Source: Eledone cirrhosa
Taxonomy: Eukaryota
NCBI GenBank assembly: GCA_964016885.1
Contig: OZ024752.1
Location: 22,444,001 to 22,508,000 of the forward strand
DNA length: 64,000 nucleotides
Direction of reading: 5' to 3'
Positions 61,162 to 64,000 of the stretch are shown here, piece by piece (position 1 is the first letter of the stretch; every line of letters begins with the position of its first letter). The translations under genes and the position numbers were made by a program. The notes under the pieces are model-generated. The model saw only the letters and a list, made by a program, of their open reading frames with translations. It was not told the origin of the DNA and ran no database searches.

Positions 61162-64000
61162 TCAGATATTCAGGACGTATCGGAGGGTTCTTGCCGTTCC
61201 AAGCAAGCATGCCTTTTGAAGCGTTCCAAAAAGCGTGAAGGGGCCGATTTTCTTTAACCATCCCTGGAAACCTTTGGAGATAGTCCCCAGTGCGCCTATG
61301 ACAATCGGGATCACTTTGACTTCATGGCAGTTCCAAATCCTTTTCACCTCCCACTTTAGGTCCTGGTATCGGTTAATTTTCTCCCTCTCCTTCTCTTGCA
61401 CTCTCGTGTCGAACGGGCAGGCCACATCCACAATCAGGCACGATCTTTTTTCTTTGTCCACAACCACCAGGTCAGGTCTATTGTGTTCCAGTTTTTTGTC
61501 CGTCTGTATCCTAAAATCCCACAGCACCTTCACCTGACTGTTCTCCATCACCGCCTCTGGCCTATGCTCATACCATTTCTCAGAATGTGGTAGATTGTTT
61601 ACTTTGCACAGGTGCCAGTGGATCACCCTGCCCATCACATCGTGTCTCCAGCCCTTATAGTGGGTCTGGGCTAGGTGTTTACACTCGAACACAATGTGAG
61701 CCACAGTCTCCTCTCTCTCTCCACAGATCCTGCACAGTGGGCTAGCCTCCTCCTTGTAGATATGGTGCTTCAACCACTTCGTTTTGAGGGCCTGCTCCTG
61801 CGCAGCCATTAGCATTCCTTCTGTAGCCTTTTTGAGGTCTCCTCTTCTCAACCAGTTCCATGTCTGTGGATCTCTAAATTCAGTTTTCTCAAAGAAGGTA
61901 CTATGAAGGGATTTTCCCTTAAGGCTGCTCTTCCTCCTTGATGTTATTTCCTCCTTGGGTATCCCCTGGCCTACTGTCCCCTCCTTCAGTACAGCTCTGA
62001 GCATTGGCTCCTTACTATAGGTCACGTATTTGTATAGGTTGTTTTTCTCCATCTGAACACAGTCCTCTATGCTGATAAGACCTCTTCCACCCTCAGATCT
62101 CCTTAGGTAGAGTCTATCGACATCACTCCTCTTGTGGAACATGTTGTAGATAGTCAATAGCTTCCTAGTCTTCCTATCCATTTCTTTTTGTTCAGCAACA
62201 TTCCATCTCAGAATTCCCGCACTGTACCTAATAATAGACACAGCTCGGGAATTTACTGCGCTTATGGCATTTCTGCTGTTCAGATGTGACTTCAATACGC
62301 TCCTTACTCTCCGAATGTATTCAGTTCTTAACAATTCCTTCATTTTTTTGTTCTTTATGCCATCAGCCTCCAGAACGCCCAAATACTTGTATCCTTCCTC
62401 AGAGTCAATTTCCTTTATCATCTCACCTGTTGGTATCTGGATCCCGTTACTTCTGCTCAACCTACCCCTCCTCATCACAATGACTCCACATTTACCAATA
62501 CCAAACTGCATACATATATCACTGCTGAAAATACGGACAGTGTCAACAAGCACATCCAACTCCTTCTCACTTTTCCCGAAGAGCTTAAGATCGTCCATGA
62601 AGAGGAGGTGATTGATGGTAAGCTCTCCCCTTCCCAACTTGTATCCTGCTCTCACTTTTCGCAGCATAATGGTCAAGGGCATCAGGGCAAGGACAAACAA
62701 CAGAGGGGACAGGCTATCTCCCTGGAAGATACCTCTCTTGATCTTCACGCTTCCCAAGGATACTCCAGTTGATGTCAACTCTGTCTCCCAGGACCCCATA
62801 CTCCTGCCCAGCAACTGTCTGATGTTATCTGCCACCCTGAAGATCTCCAGGCTTTTGGTGATCCAGGAATGAGGCACCATGTCAAATGCCTTTCTGTAGT
62901 CTATCCATCCCATGGCAAGATCAGTGTGTCTCCTCCTGCAATTCCCCATTACCATCTTATCAATAAGCAACTGGTCCTTTGTACCACGTGACTTCTTTCG
63001 GCATCCTTTCTGTTCGTCCGGCAACAAGTTGTTTGTGTGGAGGTGATGGTAGATTTCCTCAGACACAATGCTCGTCAACAGTCTCCACATTACGGGCAGA
63101 CATGTGATAGGTCTATAGTTGGTAACATCATTACCCTTGATTCGGTCTTTCATTATCAGAACTGTGGTACCTTTTGTCAACCACTCTGGCACCTCACCCG
63201 ACACCAAGCAGTCATTGAACATGGCCGTCAGCTTCGGGTGGAGGGATGTTAAATGTTTAATCCAATACCCCTGCACACCATCTGGGCCTGGTGATTTCCA
63301 GTTGGTTAGTTTTTTGGCTTGCCCCTTAAGAGTTTCAACTGTGATACTCAAATCAGTCTGTTGCTGTGCCTGCTCACCGATCTCCCTCTGTACTGTCTCA
63401 ATCCACCCTGCCTGGGCATTGTGTCTAACATCCTGCTCCCATATTCCTCTCCAGAATGTTTTAGCTTGTTCCGCCCCAGGGATCAAGTCGGTGCCTCTTT
63501 CTTTCCCCTCAAGCTGTCCAAACAGCATCTTCTGGTTGTTGTCGAACATGCGGTTCTGTTTATACTGACTGACTCTGTTCTCGTATCGCCTGATTTTGGC
63601 ACACTTTGCTACAATGCGTTGCTTCAATTCCTCTATGATAATATTTAGCTTTTTACTCCTAGTTTTGTATTTTATTTCCAGTCTATTTTTAGTGCCTATG
63701 TTTTTTAGTGTCCCATTCAGTAGTGACTCAAGCTTTCCTATGTCATTTCTCATTTCCCCGATTTGCCCACTCAGTCGCTTCTTCCACCACGGCTCTGCTC
63801 TTTCTTGTCTGTTGTTTCCTCTCGCTTTTATACCAAGTAGTTTCCTCACCGTATTTGCTGTTGCTTTGAGGATATTGTTGCACTGGTGAAGACTCCTCGC
63901 CTCAAGGTATGGGATGACTTTGTTTACCTTAGCTGTTGTTTCTTTTAACTTTTTCCTGTCTACAAATCTTAGGTTCATAGGTCTCCCACTATCATTGTTC
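61162..64000 (-). CDS. Intact R4/Dong-like ORF (RT + CCHC + restriction-like endonuclease), open to the window edge
   Basis: NYRPITCL, IDYRKAFDMVPH, QGDSLSPLLF, FMDD, CRICGEREETVAHIVFEC, RHD, RPDLVV, DVACP, PIVIGALG; 3' UTR to 61088, then (TAA)n. Confidence 0.95.
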   Translation of the reverse strand, partial: NNDSGRPMNLRFVDRKKLKETTAKVNKVIPYLEARSLHQCNNILKATANTVRKLLGIKARGNNRQERAEPWWKKRLSGQIGEMRNDIGKLESLLNGTLKNIGTKNRLEIKYKTRSKKLNIIIEELKQRIVAKCAKIRRYENRVSQYKQNRMFDNNQKMLFGQLEGKERGTDLIPGAEQAKTFWRGIWEQDVRHNAQAGWIETVQREIGEQAQQQTDLSITVETLKGQAKKLTNWKSPGPDGVQGYWIKHLTSLHPKLTAMFNDCLVSGEVPEWLTKGTTVLIMKDRIKGNDVTNYRPITCLPVMWRLLTSIVSEEIYHHLHTNNLLPDEQKGCRKKSRGTKDQLLIDKMVMGNCRRRHTDLAMGWIDYRKAFDMVPHSWITKSLEIFRVADNIRQLLGRSMGSWETELTSTGVSLGSVKIKRGIFQGDSLSPLLFVLALMPLTIMLRKVRAGYKLGRGELTINHLLFMDDLKLFGKSEKELDVLVDTVRIFSSDICMQFGIGKCGVIVMRRGRLSRSNGIQIPTGEMIKEIDSEEGYKYLGVLEADGIKNKKMKELLRTEYIRRVRSVLKSHLNSRNAISAVNSRAVSIIRYSAGILRWNVAEQKEMDRKTRKLLTIYNMFHKRSDVDRLYLRRSEGGRGLISIEDCVQMEKNNLYKYVTYSKEPMLRAVLKEGTVGQGIPKEEITSRRKSSLKGKSLHSTFFEKTEFRDPQTWNWLRRGDLKKATEGMLMAAQEQALKTKWLKHHIYKEEASPLCRICGEREETVAHIVFECKHLAQTHYKGWRHDVMGRVIHWHLCKVNNLPHSEKWYEHRPEAVMENSQVKVLWDFRIQTDKKLEHNRPDLVVVDKEKRSCLIVDVACPFDTRVQEKEREKINRYQDLKWEVKRIWNCHEVKVIPIVIGALGTISKGFQGWLKKIGPFTLFGTLQKACLLGTARTLRYVLNI

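Overview
This is AT-rich animal DNA packed with repeats and microsatellites. The tRNA-derived SINE families resemble those of cephalopods such as octopus, which is an inference. No host gene is recognisable; almost everything is transposon-derived: two Tx1/L1-clade LINEs, RTE-clade LINEs with a partner SINE, CRE-like and R4/Dong-like RLE retrotransposons, several Penelope-like elements (PLEs) with minimal hammerhead ribozymes, a young full-length CsRn1-like Gypsy LTR element, a Merlin-like MITE and non-autonomous Helitrons. The standout is a ~10.3 kb Helentron/HLE2-type rolling-circle element (about 17603-27927). Its HUH-Rep/PIF1 protein ends in a ubiquitin-specific protease (USP/C19) domain. 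It carries a 5-exon NADAR + SGNH/GDSL fusion gene with ~55-bp introns that the ORF track shows only as fragments, plus a convergent BACK/SPOP-C-like ORF. The whole cassette is bracketed by identical 31-bp inverted termini in a TA context. All domain calls come from reading motifs by eye, not from database searches.
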